In this document: positions 13,478 to 26,363 of the stretch, one piece after another
How the letters are laid out: each line of letters begins with the position of its first letter
Position numbering within the stretch: the stretch's first letter is position 1
NCBI RefSeq assembly: GCF_035084215.1
Contig: NC_090340.1
Span: 28,582,001-28,646,000 of the forward strand
DNA from: Heptranchias perlo
Lineage: Eukaryota
Direction: 5' to 3'
DNA length: 64,000 nucleotides
Program-made: the position numbers and the translations under genes
Notes under the pieces: model-generated
Databases searched by the model: none
The model's input: only the letters and a program-made list of their open reading frames with translations
Told to the model about the DNA's origin: nothing

Positions 13478-16400
13478 ACTCAGAGGGTTGTGAATCTTTG
13501 GAATTCTCTACCCCAGAGGGCTGTAGATGCTGAGTCATTGAATATACTCAAGGCTGAGAGCGATAGATTTTTGGACTCTAGGGAAATCAAGGGATATGGG
13601 GATCGGGCAGGAAATTGGAGTTGAGGTTGACGATCAGCCATGATCTGATTGAATGGCGGAACAGGCTCGAGGGGCCATATGGCCTACTCTTGCTCCTATT
13701 TCTTATTTTCTTTCTTATGTTCTCTGAGAGTGGTGAATCTTTGGAATTCTCTACCCCAGAGGGCTGTGATGCTCAATCGTTGAGTATCTTCAAGACTGTG
13801 ATCGATAGATTTTTGGACTCTAAGGGAATGAAGGAATATGGGGATTGGGCGGGAAAGTGTATTTGAGGTCGAATATCAGCCATGATCTTATTGAATGGCG
13901 GAACAGGCTCGAGGGGCCATATGGTCCACTCCTGCTCCTATTTCTTTTGTTCTTATGTTCCGTCTTGTTGAAACAATGGAAACATAATTGTGGAACCTAA
14001 GTGGTCGGTGTTTTAAAACGTTATTTGTAATATTGTATTAGATTGTTATCTGGTGTTTTCACTTTATTGTCCAAGGGAATTCAAGAAGAAATGTTGCTCT
14101 TTTCTCTTTGTGGAACATTCATCTGTAGTTATTCAATTACTATTAGGAAAACCGTGACTCAATTTAATTGTTTTTACACCACGGTTAAAATGCATTACAT
14201 GGCCTATGCACTAATGTAAGTTAATAACACACAAACTTATTTTGACTCTTTCACTGGTTACACTTTGGAACTTAAGTCGCTTTCCCCTTCAGAGTAAGTG
14301 GAGAAGCACCAGCAGTTTAAATTCATTCTTCAAGTGACACATCAGCTTTCACTAAACATCAAGGTTACTGTCACCTTGAGAGACCTAACATTGGTGTTAC
14401 ATTTCCATTATCAGAAAATGTTTAATTCTTTTAAATTATGAACTTTCACATCCCTGAATCTCATGGGGCTGGGGTATCCAATGGACTTAGTGCCATTTTG
14501 ATGGCTTTTAGATATTTTCAGGTCCTGAAATCTCCCTGTACAGTGTAATGCTATTTGCTCCATGACACTCGGTTATAATTCCAGTACACTGATGTGACAT
14601 TGCACTGAAAATGGACTTAGATGAATGTATGTTGATGAATTTGGTTTTGCTAACTTGTGTATCATGTCAATGAATACAATTACAGGTTTGTGCCATGACA
14701 CATAGAACCGTGGTTACGATGTCAATGGAGATACAAAAAGCTCAAATAAAATTTAGCCCTTAGTCTGGTTAGCTAGACCTTCTGTTTTCAAAGCAGTGAT
14801 GATGTAATGTTCCTACTCATCAAGTTGAAGGTTGTGAGTGGGAATTGAACATTTTTCATTTCAGGCAAATAGTGTCAGCATTAAGTACTCTAAGGGCAAG
14901 TATAACACCATTAGATGCAAAGTAAAGCTCGCTCTTGTCTTCCCCAACAATGTACCTGAGCCCATACCTTTATTATGAAAAATGTTCTGAGTGCACAGTA
15001 TGCCCAACGCAAATTTCAGGGAAGTTTATCCAAAGAATACAGATTATGGCCCTAAAATTCCACAGGATTCTCCTCGTCTCCTGCTGCGATGGTGGCAGGA
15101 CACCAGCAGAACCCCCAGAGAAACGGCCGTTGATGCCGTTTTGCTGGCCGTTCCAGTGGGCTCTGCCGAAGTTATGGTTGGAGACTGAGAGAACATCTGT
15201 GGAAGTTTAGGGGCCACATTGCCCCCCTATAATGATTTCAGTGAAACCTGTAAATTCAGACACTTGCAGTATAACTGGCGAGTGATATCATTAATATAAC
15301 CATATGTTGAATTCTGGGAAGTGATGTGACACCACCTCAAATATGTAGACTCCCACTATTTGGTCTTCACAATGGCTGCAATATATCTGGTGGGAAAGCA
15401 TATTTTAAAACAACAAAATTAAAGTATAAAAATATCTCATATTGTTCAAAAAACTGCCTTTACATTTTTAATCTTAAACTACTGTACTGTCAGTATTTTA
15501 TTAAAGGGCATCCTGAAGAAAGCCCCATATATCTGGCTTGCGTTGTTTATAAAGCAATTACCCCCAGTCAAACTGGTATTTGCAGTATAAAAGGACCATA
15601 TGTTTGTTATACCAGGAAGATTCCCTTTTGGAAGTGAAGACTGGTATTTTTATAGCCTTTTTTCACATGTCTCAAATGTCAAAACATGCTTCACAATGAA
15701 TTACTTCAAGGTGCAGTGGGTGTTGTTACATAGCAAATGTGGCAATCAGTTTGCACTCAGCAAGATCTTACAAACAACAAGGAGATAAATAACCAATTAT
15801 TGATGGTTGGTGATGTTGAAGAAGGAATGTTGGCAAAGACACTGGGAGAACTCCCTGCTCTTCATCGACTAATTCAATGCGTGCAATATCCACCTGAGTC
15901 AATGAAAGAAACAGAGCCTTAGTTTAATATCTAATCTGAAGGACAGCATTATTCTATGTTTCATTAGTATCTCAAATATTGACAATTATACTTCATTTTT
16001 GTGTTTGTTAAGATGAAGAATAACATTATACTGATGAAAGACAGTTTATCTTATGCGTGCTCTCTCTCCTCTCCTCCATCTCCAAGAAGACCAACACAAG
16101 CCAGAAGTTATACAGACAATAGCTACAATCCTTATTGTCGCACATGGGGTGCGAGCTCTCTCACATGCCATGTACACAAAATTGTTGATGCAAAATGAGG
16201 AGCACTGTCATTTTGACTTAGATATTGTTATTCACTGTGTAAGCACTCATATTTGTACGATATTGCAACATATATTTTGACTTTCCTTTGAACCATTAGA
16301 ATAGCGAATTCAATGCCCAGGAACCAATTTGTGTAGCAATGTTCCTTCAAATGTTATTCCACATAGTTAAAGCAGACATTTATAAAGAGCGAAGTTACTT

Positions 16401-17749
16401 GTTATAACGTCAGATTGGTGTAAAATCTCCCACTTCTGAAACTAGGTTAAAATCAGCACTGAAGTAACTAAGTGAGACCTAGGCTGACATCAGCAGTCTA
16501 ATTTAATCCTGATTCATCACCCGTCCCATGATTCAGTAGCACATATATCAGAGGAGAGCTTAGTATGATTGTCATGAACATGTATGTGTTTTACGGTGGA
16601 AAACAGGCCAAAGAGAGGATTAAGGCATGCAGTGCAACTGATTGCTTTAACTTGCTTTTTAACAACTATTAGCACAGAAGGGCCATTTTCAAATATTTAC
16701 TTAAAACACAACACGCAGTCTCACCTCTAATCCAGTATACTGGCTTTAGGAGTGAAGGTTTCCACAATGTATTAATGTCCATTCCCTTTGGTGTGCTTGT
16801 TTCCGTAATTGCACAATTTATTAGTTCTGTCCACCACATGTCCTAGTTGAATAGACACACGGTGTGAACAGAAGGTCAAATTGAGTTTGAATCAATTGAA
16901 TTCAGTTCCATGATTAGTCTTGGTGAAAGCTGCAATGTCCAACAAAATGTTTCACGTGGTTCAAAAGCTCAACATTAAGCACTGCCACATATTGAAAATG
17001 GTATCATTAACACATTTGTTACGAAAGGTATTTTTCTGTTACACTGATTGATTGAGTACTGGTTCTTATATTAGCTCTGTGCACTTTGTAAAAATAGTTT
17101 TTATTGCAAGGTCATGATCTGTGAAACACTTTTAAAATGTCTTCAAAATCAAGAAACTGTAAAGTACAATTTCCAATGAATGATTTTGATGCTGGACTTT
17201 AGGTTTTATTGAGGATCTCTGGTGTGTGGAAGAGAGTTGGAAGGGTTCATACTCAGTAGGACAGTAAATGCTTTAGCTTCCCATTATATAATGTTTATAA
17301 ATAGCTTTGTGGGTAAATGTACCATGTGGCCCAATGTTCTATCCTTATTCCATCCTAAGTTTACTAATCTCAAATGGGACAGCTGTTGCGGCACAACAAT
17401 TAGCCTAATCACTCCCGGGGCAGAGAAGGGGGAAAGAAATCAGTCAAGATTTCTCCTCCCAACTGTTATCGATTGATCCCTGCTGGAAACTACATGTGTT
17501 TGGAGGTTTGTTGAGGGCAAGATCAGGTTCAGTTATTGATTCCATACATTGTGTCTAGGTTGAACAGTCTGGGGGAAAAAGTCGATCAGGCCTATTATCG
17601 GGTGCGGCCACCCAATACCTGCGGAGCTGCAGTCTGGAGGGTCTCACGCTGGTCCTGCCATCCTTCTGGCTATCTTTCCCTCCTCCTCGTGGATTGTGCA
17701 TGTCCCATTTAAAATGTACACCTGCATCTTTAAGAGGTGCAGGCTGCTG

Positions 17750-19239
17750 ATGGCGTGCCCTGAGCACGCCCCATTTCAGGCTTCCTCATTCTCCATGCAG
17801 CCTTTCAGCAGCGCGGGAGTCCAGGTGAGTGAATACAAGTGTCAAGTGGCACATCCTACCAACTGCACCACTGCTCACGCATCAAACTCCGCCCCGTCAC
17901 CCACCCACCAACAAACACTGCCCATCCATATGCAATGTTGCACTCAGCATTCTGCATCTTACCAGCACATACTACCACACTTGCAGGCCACACAACCAGC
18001 GCTCACAGGTCACACACACTGGCAGCTATTCTACCATGACAGGCACATCACCCAGACACCTTGCAGGGTGCTCACTGGCACACTGCCCTCTGTCTTGCAG
18101 GAGAAGGTGGCTTGTCCCTTGGAGGAGACTGTGCTTCGGATCATGGGCAGGATGTCTCTGCAGCCGTGACAACATGCCACGCTGGAGGTCCTGATGAAGG
18201 GGGTCTCTGTATTTCTAATGCTCCTTCTCCTTTCCCACATCTCCCTCCTCCCATAATCTTTTCTGACTCACGTGCTGCAGATGCTGTCAGCACACACGTC
18301 TTACTTGCTCCTCTCCCCGCTCCACAACTCAACTTGTTTCCCTTTGTCATTGCAGATACCCAAGAACACATGGCAGCACCGTCAGAGGAGGAGGAGGAGG
18401 AGGAGGAGGAGGGGACACTGAAGCCACACCGTCAATTGTTCTGACAGTTGCTTCCACCCGGCTCAGTGACTGACACTGTGCAACATTTGGAGGTTAGGTT
18501 AGAGGAGGGATCTGCACGTGGAGAGACACCAAGCAAAAGTGCGCAGGTGCTGGGGCGGGGGGAACGGATACCACAGGTGCCAGCTCGCTGGAGGGCAAGG
18601 TTGTTCACTAGTTCTGCTGCAGAGGAGTCAGATGATGACTTCGATGGGCCAGGCTACAGAGGATGGCTGATGGGCGTACACCACCAAATGCTTGGGACAC
18701 TGGAAAGCCTGCCGGAAAGCCTGTGCACAATAAGAAGGGGCATGGAGGAGTCCAGCTCCAACTTGGCACAGGGCTTTGCGCAGAGCTTGGAGCCCATCCT
18801 TACCAACATGAAACGGATGGTCACCTCCATCGGCACACCTGTGGAACCCAATATGATGCAGCATCTGATGGCCGATGTCGTGGCTGCCATGTCATCAAAG
18901 GTCTGCAAACTACGGTTGCAGCTCAGACTGCTGCAATGGAAGCTCAGACTGCGGCTATCCTGGCTGTGGAACGGGGCTTCCAGGGCGTCACAGCAGTCCA
19001 GCAATCCCATTCTCCAGTTGATCACCAGGATTGCTGAGGCGTCGCCCCGGGAGAGTGGCAGTGGTGCCATGGCAGTTGGACCTGCTGTTCTCTCTCAGGA
19101 CGACAGCATTCCTGCTCCCACCCCTGCCACTCCGCCAGTGCCCTTGTTGTTGCCTATGAGCCAGCCAGGCCAGGCTGCTGCAGCCCATGCTGAGATGGTG
19201 CAGTCTGAAGCCGGGCCCTCCTGGCCCAAAGCTGCGTGA
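17750..19239 (+). pseudogene. Harbinger Myb/SANT-like partner gene remnant (spliced, exon 1 internally deleted)
   Basis: Donor cag|gtgagt at ~17825 and acceptor ttgcag|gagaaggtggc at 18100. The same junctions follow a recognisable Myb-like exon in the 43812-45522 copy. The long ORF 18448-19239 is inferred to be the C-terminal part. Confidence 0.65.
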
Positions 19240-19351
19240 GGTCATCCTCCAAGGCCATCTGCAGGCTTCTCCATTGAAGGCCAGCAGCCTTCCACCACCC
19301 ATGCTCCAGCCACTGGGGATACACCTCATAGGAGCACTAGGATAGGTAAAG

Positions 19352-20049
19352 ATGATGTGGAGATGCCGGTGATGGACTGGGGTGGACAAATGTAAGGAGT
19401 CTTACAACACCAGGTTATAGTCCAACAGCTTTATTTGAAATCACAAGCTTTCAGAGCTTTGCTCCTTCGTCAGGTGAAGTGAAGAGTTACATAAAGGCAC
19501 AGCATATATAGTCAGAGAACAATGCCTGGTGATTACAGATAATCTTTCTAACAGCCCTTTATCACACCTCGGCAGAGAGATAATCACAGCAATCAAAGGA
19601 GTGAATGGTGTTCAAACAGGTTAGTCAGGGAAACATTACATCCAAGAATACTGAGGTGGGGTCACCAGGGGTCAAATGTAGCAGATGCTGGAGTTTGTAT
19701 TAAAAACAGATAACTTTTTTTTGCTGGAAATCGCAGCAGGTCCGGCCGCGTCTGTGTATGGAGAACAAGCCAACTACGACTTGAGTCTGGATGACTCTAC
19801 GTCAGGTGGGGTTACATGTTGCGTGATATGAGCCCAAAATCCTGGTTGAGGCCATCCTCATGGGTGCGGAATTTGGCTATCAATTTCTGCTCGACGATTT
19901 TGTGTTGTCGTGTGTCTCGAAGGCCGCTTTGGAGAACGCTTACCCGAAGATCGGAGGCTGAATGTCCTTGACTGCTGAAGTGTTCCCCGACTGGAAGGGA
20001 ACCCTCCTGTCTGGCGATTGTTGTGCGGTGTCCGTTCATCCGTTGTCGC
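19352..20049 (-). mobile_element. 5'-truncated Penelope-like retroelement nested in the Harbinger
   Basis: GIY-YIG C-terminal fragment LRQRMNGHR...PVGEHFS..GHS..DLRVSVL...EQKLIAKFRT..GLN. 8-bp TSD aggtaaag at 19344-19351 and 20050-20057. Its 3' end matches 47303-47427. Confidence 0.9.
19441..19477 (-). ncRNA. Minimal type I hammerhead ribozyme motif
   Basis: Minus strand reads UCAC-CUGACGA-A-GGAGC(AAA)GCUCU-GAAA-GC-UU-GUGA: core boxes, stem II, and a UCAC/GUGA stem I. Confidence 0.75.
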
Positions 20050-20129
20050 AGGTAAAGGCACACAAACAACAGGCGCTGAGGGAATGCACAAGGGTGAATA
20101 GTTCTGTTTTGTTTCCATAATTTGATTTG

Positions 20130-21510
20130 TTAATTGATAAATGTGACTTTGAATTTGCATTTGGTGGTGTTTTTTATTTGTACAATGAGCTGAGGGGGAA
20201 ACCAATGTTCAATCAGATGGAGGGCGATTTGATGCTCATGTGGGAGCAGAAAGGTGAGGAGTGTAGGATTGCTGGTGAGTTGGGGGATGTAGCTGACATT
20301 ATTGATAGCGGGCACGGATCGGGTGAGCGCGCAGAGCCCTTGCAGACAAGGCGTGTGTTCCCTGTTGCACCCTTGCATCTTCCTCAACTTCCTCCTCTGG
20401 CTTCTCCCCATCCTCGTCAGCCTCTTCCTCCTCAGCCTTTTCCTCCTCAGCCTCCACCTCTGGCTCAGGGTCATCTCCGATCTTTGGTGGCAAGGGTTGG
20501 TCCCTCATGACGGTGAGGTTGTGCAGTATGCAGCATACCACCACGAAACATTCCACCCGCTCACCGGAGTACTGGAGGGCTCCTCCAAAACGGTCCAGGC
20601 AGCGGAAGCGTTGTTTCAGGAGGCCTATGGTGTGCTCCACAACGTTACGTATGGCAACATGGCTCTCATATTAGGACTCCTGCACATGTGTGCATGCGTT
20701 CCTGACCGGAGTCATGAGCCACGGTGTGAGGCGATCGCCCTTGTTGCCCAGTAGCCAGCCTTTAACTTGCCGAGCTGGGTGAAAGATAGCTGGCATGTTG
20801 GAATGCGTGGTGACTGCTCCCAGGATAGCGGGCATCGATCTCCATGATTCGATGCATGTGGTCGCACATCAGCTGCATGTTCAGGGAGTGGAAACCCTTT
20901 TGGTTGACAAAGACGGCCGACTTGATATGTGGGGCACGCAGGGCAATGTGCATGCAGTAAATGGCCCCCTGCACCATGGTGAAGCCAGCAATATGAGTGA
21001 ATCCCCGTTTGCTTGCTTGTTCTGGTTGCCTCTATCAAGAGGGAAGATGGTGAACCTGTTCCTCATCTCGTACAGTGCGTCTGTGACCTCCCTTATGCAG
21101 CAGTGCACTGCATACTGCGAGATGTTGCAAATGTTGCCAGCAGAGGCCTGAAATGATACTCAGCTGTAGAAGTTCAGTGCCACAGTTACCTTCACAGCCA
21201 CAGGCAATGCTGTCCTTGCCCTGCTCTGAGGCTGAAGTTGTGGCCACACCAGTTGACAGATCTCTGTCATGGCCACCTTGGTGAACCTCAGCCGTCGGAT
21301 GCAATGCTCCTCGCTCATGTTGAGGTAAGAGAATTTGTCCCAGAAGGCCCTCATTGGATATGGCCTCCTGTTCAGTGCCCTACACCTCCTCCTCCTCCCT
21401 ATCCTCACAGCTTGCCCTGCTGAGTATAGCCTCTCTGCATACTCCCAGTCATGCTCAATGCCCAGCAGGAGCCCTAGCAACGACCCACGGTTGCCAGGAA
21501 TGTTGTTCAA
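20130..21510 (-). pseudogene. HARBI1-like DDE transposase, frameshifted
   Basis: Fragments SEEHCIRRLRFTK, LPVAVKVTVALNFYS, VQGAIYCMHIALRAP, NQKGFHSLNMQLMCD, ARYPGSSH and EHTIGLLKQRFRCLD...CCILHN, followed by an acidic tail. Confidence 0.92.
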
Positions 21511-22994
21511 CCACGGTTGTAATTTTTCAAACCGTAAGGCAGTACCTGCCAGACCACTCTCAAATGTACTGTAGCAACTTCAGTAAGTATAGGGAGCTTC
21601 AAAAAACACTTCCTATGCCACCAGCAACCAGCAACTAACCTGCAACATCTGCATGGTCCCTTTAAATAGCGCTGGTGGTGGGGTCCTCCAGGCTGTCTAA
21701 GACATGTTCAGGTGTGCATGGTTAAGGCTGTGCATTAAGTTGAGTGTTAAGTCCCAAAATGGTGTCTACCACTTTAAATCAGCGTTGCACACTGATTGTA
21801 CACATTTTCTCCCTACTTTACATGCTGCCGGCGTTTGGTATTTGCGCATGCGTTAATACCTACACCAAGATGGTGTCCAGTGCACATCACGTTGGAAATG
21901 TGCGTGCGCAGCCAAAACGGCATCTTGACACTTTGGGAGGCTGTGTAGCGACGTAACAATGGGCGCTACGCGGCCCAATTACTAGCCCTCTCTGTCTAGG
22001 CTCACAGGGGTGAGTTGCTAGTGTCCATAGAATTACTCAAGAAAATGTTGGAATTTGGAATTTGCTTAAGCGCTGAAATTCAATGCTGAACTCTTGACTA
22101 ATGAGATTTACCAGGGAAACTGAATACTCTTTGGTTCAGAATGTGCACTCCAGGCATCCCTGCATATTGAAATGTCTTCTAAGGTCAGGAAATTGCACTC
22201 CTGAATGGTTAGGCGCCCTGTGATGATTTGAAACATAATCATATACAGATATACAATGTATGACACTATGCCACATCAACCCCGAGTCCTTGCACATAAA
22301 TTAGCTTAACAATCCCACCTGATACACAACAAACTTTTTCAAGATTATTCCTAAAAAAAATCAAAACTTTTATGGTCCTTCTTTTATAGAAGCTGAAGTA
22401 TTTTCATTTTATTTTTGTATTTTCTCCACAGTGTCTTCCCTGGGGAGAAAATAAGGTCCTGGGCCACACAACTTGGAAACCAGTTTCTTCCAATTCCAAG
22501 AGAGAAAACAGACAAACCTCTATCTAACATGCTCAGGATCTCTGACAGTACTGGAATTTCACCTGTGGATTGCAGAGTGGCCCATGTCATCCTAATATTT
22601 TTTAAAAACCAATGAATCATAGACCAGTTAATTTAGCATTTTTAGTGGAGAAAATGCTTGAGGGCATTTTCCAGGATGCTATCAATGTTATAAAGCACAG
22701 AGACCATAAGAGGCAATCAGCATGGTTTTAAAAGCAATCAGTTATGCCTCAAATAAATGTGGGAATTCTTTAAGGAAGTGACTCAATTAGTGAACAAAGG
22801 ATATCCGGTGGAGGTAATATACTCGGATTTTCTACAGGCATTTGACAACGTTCCACATCACAGGCTTCCAAAAAAAGATAATGGTGCATGAAAGAAATGT
22901 CATATTAACTAAATAGATTGATAATAAGCTTGGCAATAGAAATCAGGAGTGAATGATAAAGGAACAAGACTGTACTTAGGACCAGTGACTGGTA

Positions 22995-24734
22995 GGGGTC
23001 AATTTTCAGATGGCTGAGTGGGTGCATTCGTGGCGCGGGGGCTCCTAAAATTTGAGATTCCCAGAGCAGGTCCGGAGCCCGGCTCCAACCCGCCCACTCC
23101 CGGGTTCCCCAATGATGCGAATCGGTTCGCGCGCAGCCCCCGTATGCGTGACTCCCACCGGCAATTTGAGCCAGTGGGATGACAGTTTAGATAGTTAGGG
23201 AGGTACTTGAGGGTTGACAGGCCTCATTGGAAAGAGATTTTAGCAGGGATGTGATTTTGGACTCTCCGCAGCATGTTTGCCATGCTGTGGGAAACACTCC
23301 CTGTTGTTGCAGATGTGTTTCAGTCAGCAGCCATTTGGAGATGCAGAGGATTCCTTGAGAGTTGGGGGGAATACCTCATTCATTGCAGCAGGGCACTCTA
23401 TCACCTCAGACAAACTTTTGCCTGCCACACCGTTGTCTCCACACTCAAAATTATTACATCATACCCTAAACTCTGCTGTCCAAACACATTTACCTACCTT
23501 GCGGACCCCCTCACACTGACACCATCAGGATGGTGGGGAGGGGGCGGGGGTTCCATAGCTGTATTCATCACTCCATTGGAGGACGAGCAATATCACCATC
23601 CTCGCCAGGCATGCCATCCACCTCCGCCACGTGGAACTACACAACACAGTGTTACGCAACAGGCACCTGCACAAAGTAGTCGTGCAACTACACATACACC
23701 CACTGTAGGGTGACCCAATGGGTGGCATCAAGGGTGTTCATGGAGAACCTCATAAAAGGGCATTATTGCACAAGCCAGACAAGAATGGCCAAGATGTGGC
23801 AGTAGTGGTGACAATATAATATGTAATGTGAGTTGATCAGAAATCAAATATAAGTAAAAACCATGACAAACCCTCAAACACCCTTGTGCATCCCCTTCAT
23901 GCTCAAGACACATTTGCCTTATGCTTCCTACTACACATACGTGGTACATGCCCTGTGGCTGCAGCACAAGTAGTGGCAGGTGGGGTGAGGCGGACCATGA
24001 AAGAGATGCATGAGAGGGTGAGAATGAGACAGAGCCATGAGATTGTATGAGGATTGGGTTGAGTGGTAGTGGGGGGATGAGTACTGGGGAGGTGAGGAAG
24101 TGCAGGTAAGATGAGGATGAGGTTTCAGTGGGTGTGAGGAGTGATGTGATAGAGTAGTGTTGGCAGTGCAGAAGGTGATGTGGCAGATGGAGTGTAGGGG
24201 AATGAGTAAGAGTACTCACTTCGGCTGACCTGGTTAGGTCATTGAAGCGCCTCCTGCACTGTATGCAGGTGCGTGATATGTTGGTGGTGCAGGTGACCTC
24301 CTCTGCCACCTCAAGCCAGGCCTTCGTGGTGGCAGAGGAGGGCCACTTCCTCCCGTCTGCCAGGTGGAAGATCTGTCTCCTCCTCCTCGTCCTCCTCCTC
24401 CTCACCCCATCCAGCAAGATCTGGAGTGAGGCATCATTAAGCCTGGGAGCAGCCTTCCCCCTGGGCTGCTCCATGCTGTAATTTTGCCTATTTTCTGCAG
24501 CATTAGTCAGTGGAGAACTGCCCCTTTAAATAGGGCTCCTCCAGCTGACAGCCTATGATATGGGTGTGCAGTCCGCCCGCTGCGCAGCTTTCCAGCGCGA
24601 AACGCGGAAGCCAAGATAAGTGGCTTCAATTTACTTATGATCGCGTGCCAAACCCACCGATTTCACTGGGTGGGTTACCCACGTGCCCAGCCGACCCCTC
24701 GCTGCCAACCCACCTCCCTCCTAATATTGGGCCC
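22995..24734 (-). mobile_element. Internally deleted PIF/Harbinger element (family 2), copy B only
   Basis: TIRs ggggtcaatttt and aatattgggccc. Flanks gta/ata. Empty site at ~7991-8005. Homologous in inverted orientation to 54407-56446. Confidence 0.9.
24220..24474 (-). CDS. Open Myb/SANT-like DNA-binding exon of Harbinger family 2
   Basis: MEQPRGKAAPRLNDASLQILLDGV...KAWLEVAEEV...RTCIQCRRRFNDL followed by the donor gtgagt. Expression is not shown. Confidence 0.6.
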
Positions 24735-26280
24735 ATAGGGTTTCTTAGGAGTTTGTTTTAGGTTTTTTGCTCTTTGCGCTATTCGTAAATGATATAGAAA
24801 AGGATATTTTTTTTCAATAAAAAATTTGTAGAGTCCAGATATCCTCTGCAGGGGAGGGCGATAAAATTCAAAAGAATCTATGCAAAATGAATAGATAGGC
24901 TGAGGAATGATAATACATTCACATTAAATATAATTTATGATGCACTAAGTTTCGAAAATGTGAAACATGTATAGAATAGATGGATGTCAACTGAAAAAGA
25001 AGAAATCAGATTTGGGTCTACCCATCAAACATTCAATTACAGTGTCCATATAAGGCCATTGTCAACAAGGCAAATGGAGGCCTTGGATTATGTAACATTT
25101 TGAGATTTTTACACTTTCAGCCTACAGAGGATCTTTGGTTTAATTTATAGTACATTACCTATGTAAAGTCAGGTGCAGTTTACAAAGAATTAATTCCAGC
25201 ATACTTTTCTGATTTCACATTGAAAAGCCTATAAACACTGAATAGTTGGTGATTTGCAACGTTAATATGCTATTCCACTGTAAAATTAATAGCCATTAAA
25301 ACTGTTTACTTTTGGAAAATACATTTGCTTTGAAATAAAGGGAATCCATTGAGTATATCCCAGAGCAGTTAGCATCCTAATGTTACAATGGGTTTTTATT
25401 CAATCTGTCCAGAGTGGGAGAGGAGGGGTTGATCTCACCTTAAAAGACAATTGTACAAGGAGTGATAAAAAAACAGTTGTATTATATTCATTTATATATT
25501 TCATGTAAAATAAACCAGTTTGTTGAGTCACAATCAGCTTTGTCTCACGAGAATGCCATTCACCCCATCTTTTGAACAGATAGGAGAACACACATAGAGG
25601 TGTGTGCAAGATCATAGTATCCCAGTGGACACAACAGGAGGGGTATTATTTTAATGATCCCCAAGTCACACTATCATATAACTAGACATTAGGCAGCAAA
25701 GGTGCTCTCCAGATCATAGAGAATTCAAGATCTGCTTATGGTAATGGCCAGTGATACTGAACTTGATAGAATATCAACTGTCGGCCTCTAAATTTGTAAT
25801 AGATGCCTCTCTTGAGATGTCTGATTCAAAGTCAAAGCAAGCTACTTGAAACCTTGTTGGTGAGATCACATTTGAAACATTGTATATGGGTATGGTTTCT
25901 TAACTTCAAAAGTACACTGATACATTTGAAAAGTTTCAGATACAAGGTAGATGATTCCAAGAGCCAAGACATAACGTTTAGTGGTTATGGTCACAGAATT
26001 TAGGTTTTCCTCATTGGACAAGAAATTAAAGGACATAATTTAAGTATTTAAATTGCTGAAAGACTGGGATAATGCAGGAATAAGTAATTATTCAAAACAC
26101 AAGGATAAAATCAGAAAATCCCAAGCCAGCATAGAACACATTGTATACCCATAGAGAAGTAGATATGTGGAATGGATTCTCACCACAAATACCACATGAT
26201 CAATGTGATGTTACTTATGGTAAATTAGAGGACACATGTTTTAAAAGGACAGGAATGATATGGCATATAAGGTACAATGT

Positions 26281-26363
26281 ACGTCAGGACCGCGACGGAC
26301 CTCCACCAGAGTTTCCTTTGGCTTCGCCCTGCCCAGGCATAGTTCACCATCTTTCAGGTCCTA
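26281..26363 (-). pseudogene. ~82-bp fragment of 28S (LSU) rRNA, copy B only
   Basis: The reverse complement taggacctgaaagatggtgaactatgcctgggcagggcgaagccaaaggaaactctggtggaggtccgtcgcggtcctgacgt matches the conserved vertebrate 28S core. Empty site aatgt|attag at 10256-10265. Confidence 0.93.

Larger units (their letters stand above)
11052..13960 (+). mobile_element. CR1 3' fragment with a tandemly repeated 3' end, interrupted by a HER1-like LINE
   Basis: 11052-11281 joins 13478-13722 (aattacttcactc|agagggttgtgaatc). A second 3'-end copy follows at 13723-13960. Both end in ttcttatgttc tails. Confidence 0.85.
361..14138 (+). repeat. Tandem segmental duplication, copy A
   Basis: The start at 361 (ttactattaggacaacc) aligns with 14137 (ttactattaggaaaacc). 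The end at 14101-14138 aligns with 27962-27999. The copies are colinear apart from copy-specific insertions and deletions. Confidence 0.95.
17571..21988. mobile_element. Near-full-length decayed PIF/Harbinger transposon (family 1), copy B only
   Basis: Termini gggggaaaaagt and aattactagccc. TSD tct at 17568-17570 and 21989-21991. Empty site at ~5521-5535. Transposase on the minus strand, Myb/SANT partner remnants on the plus strand. Both ends recur at 43812-45522. Confidence 0.92.

Noticed and set aside
17555-21956. Many overlapping 60-160-aa ORFs on both strands
   Set aside because: They are shadow frames of GC-rich Harbinger sequence. Only the transposase, Myb and GIY-YIG frames have recognisable motifs.
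26281-26363. Functional rRNA gene
   Set aside because: Only ~82 bp long, with no adjacent rDNA, and absent from the paralog.
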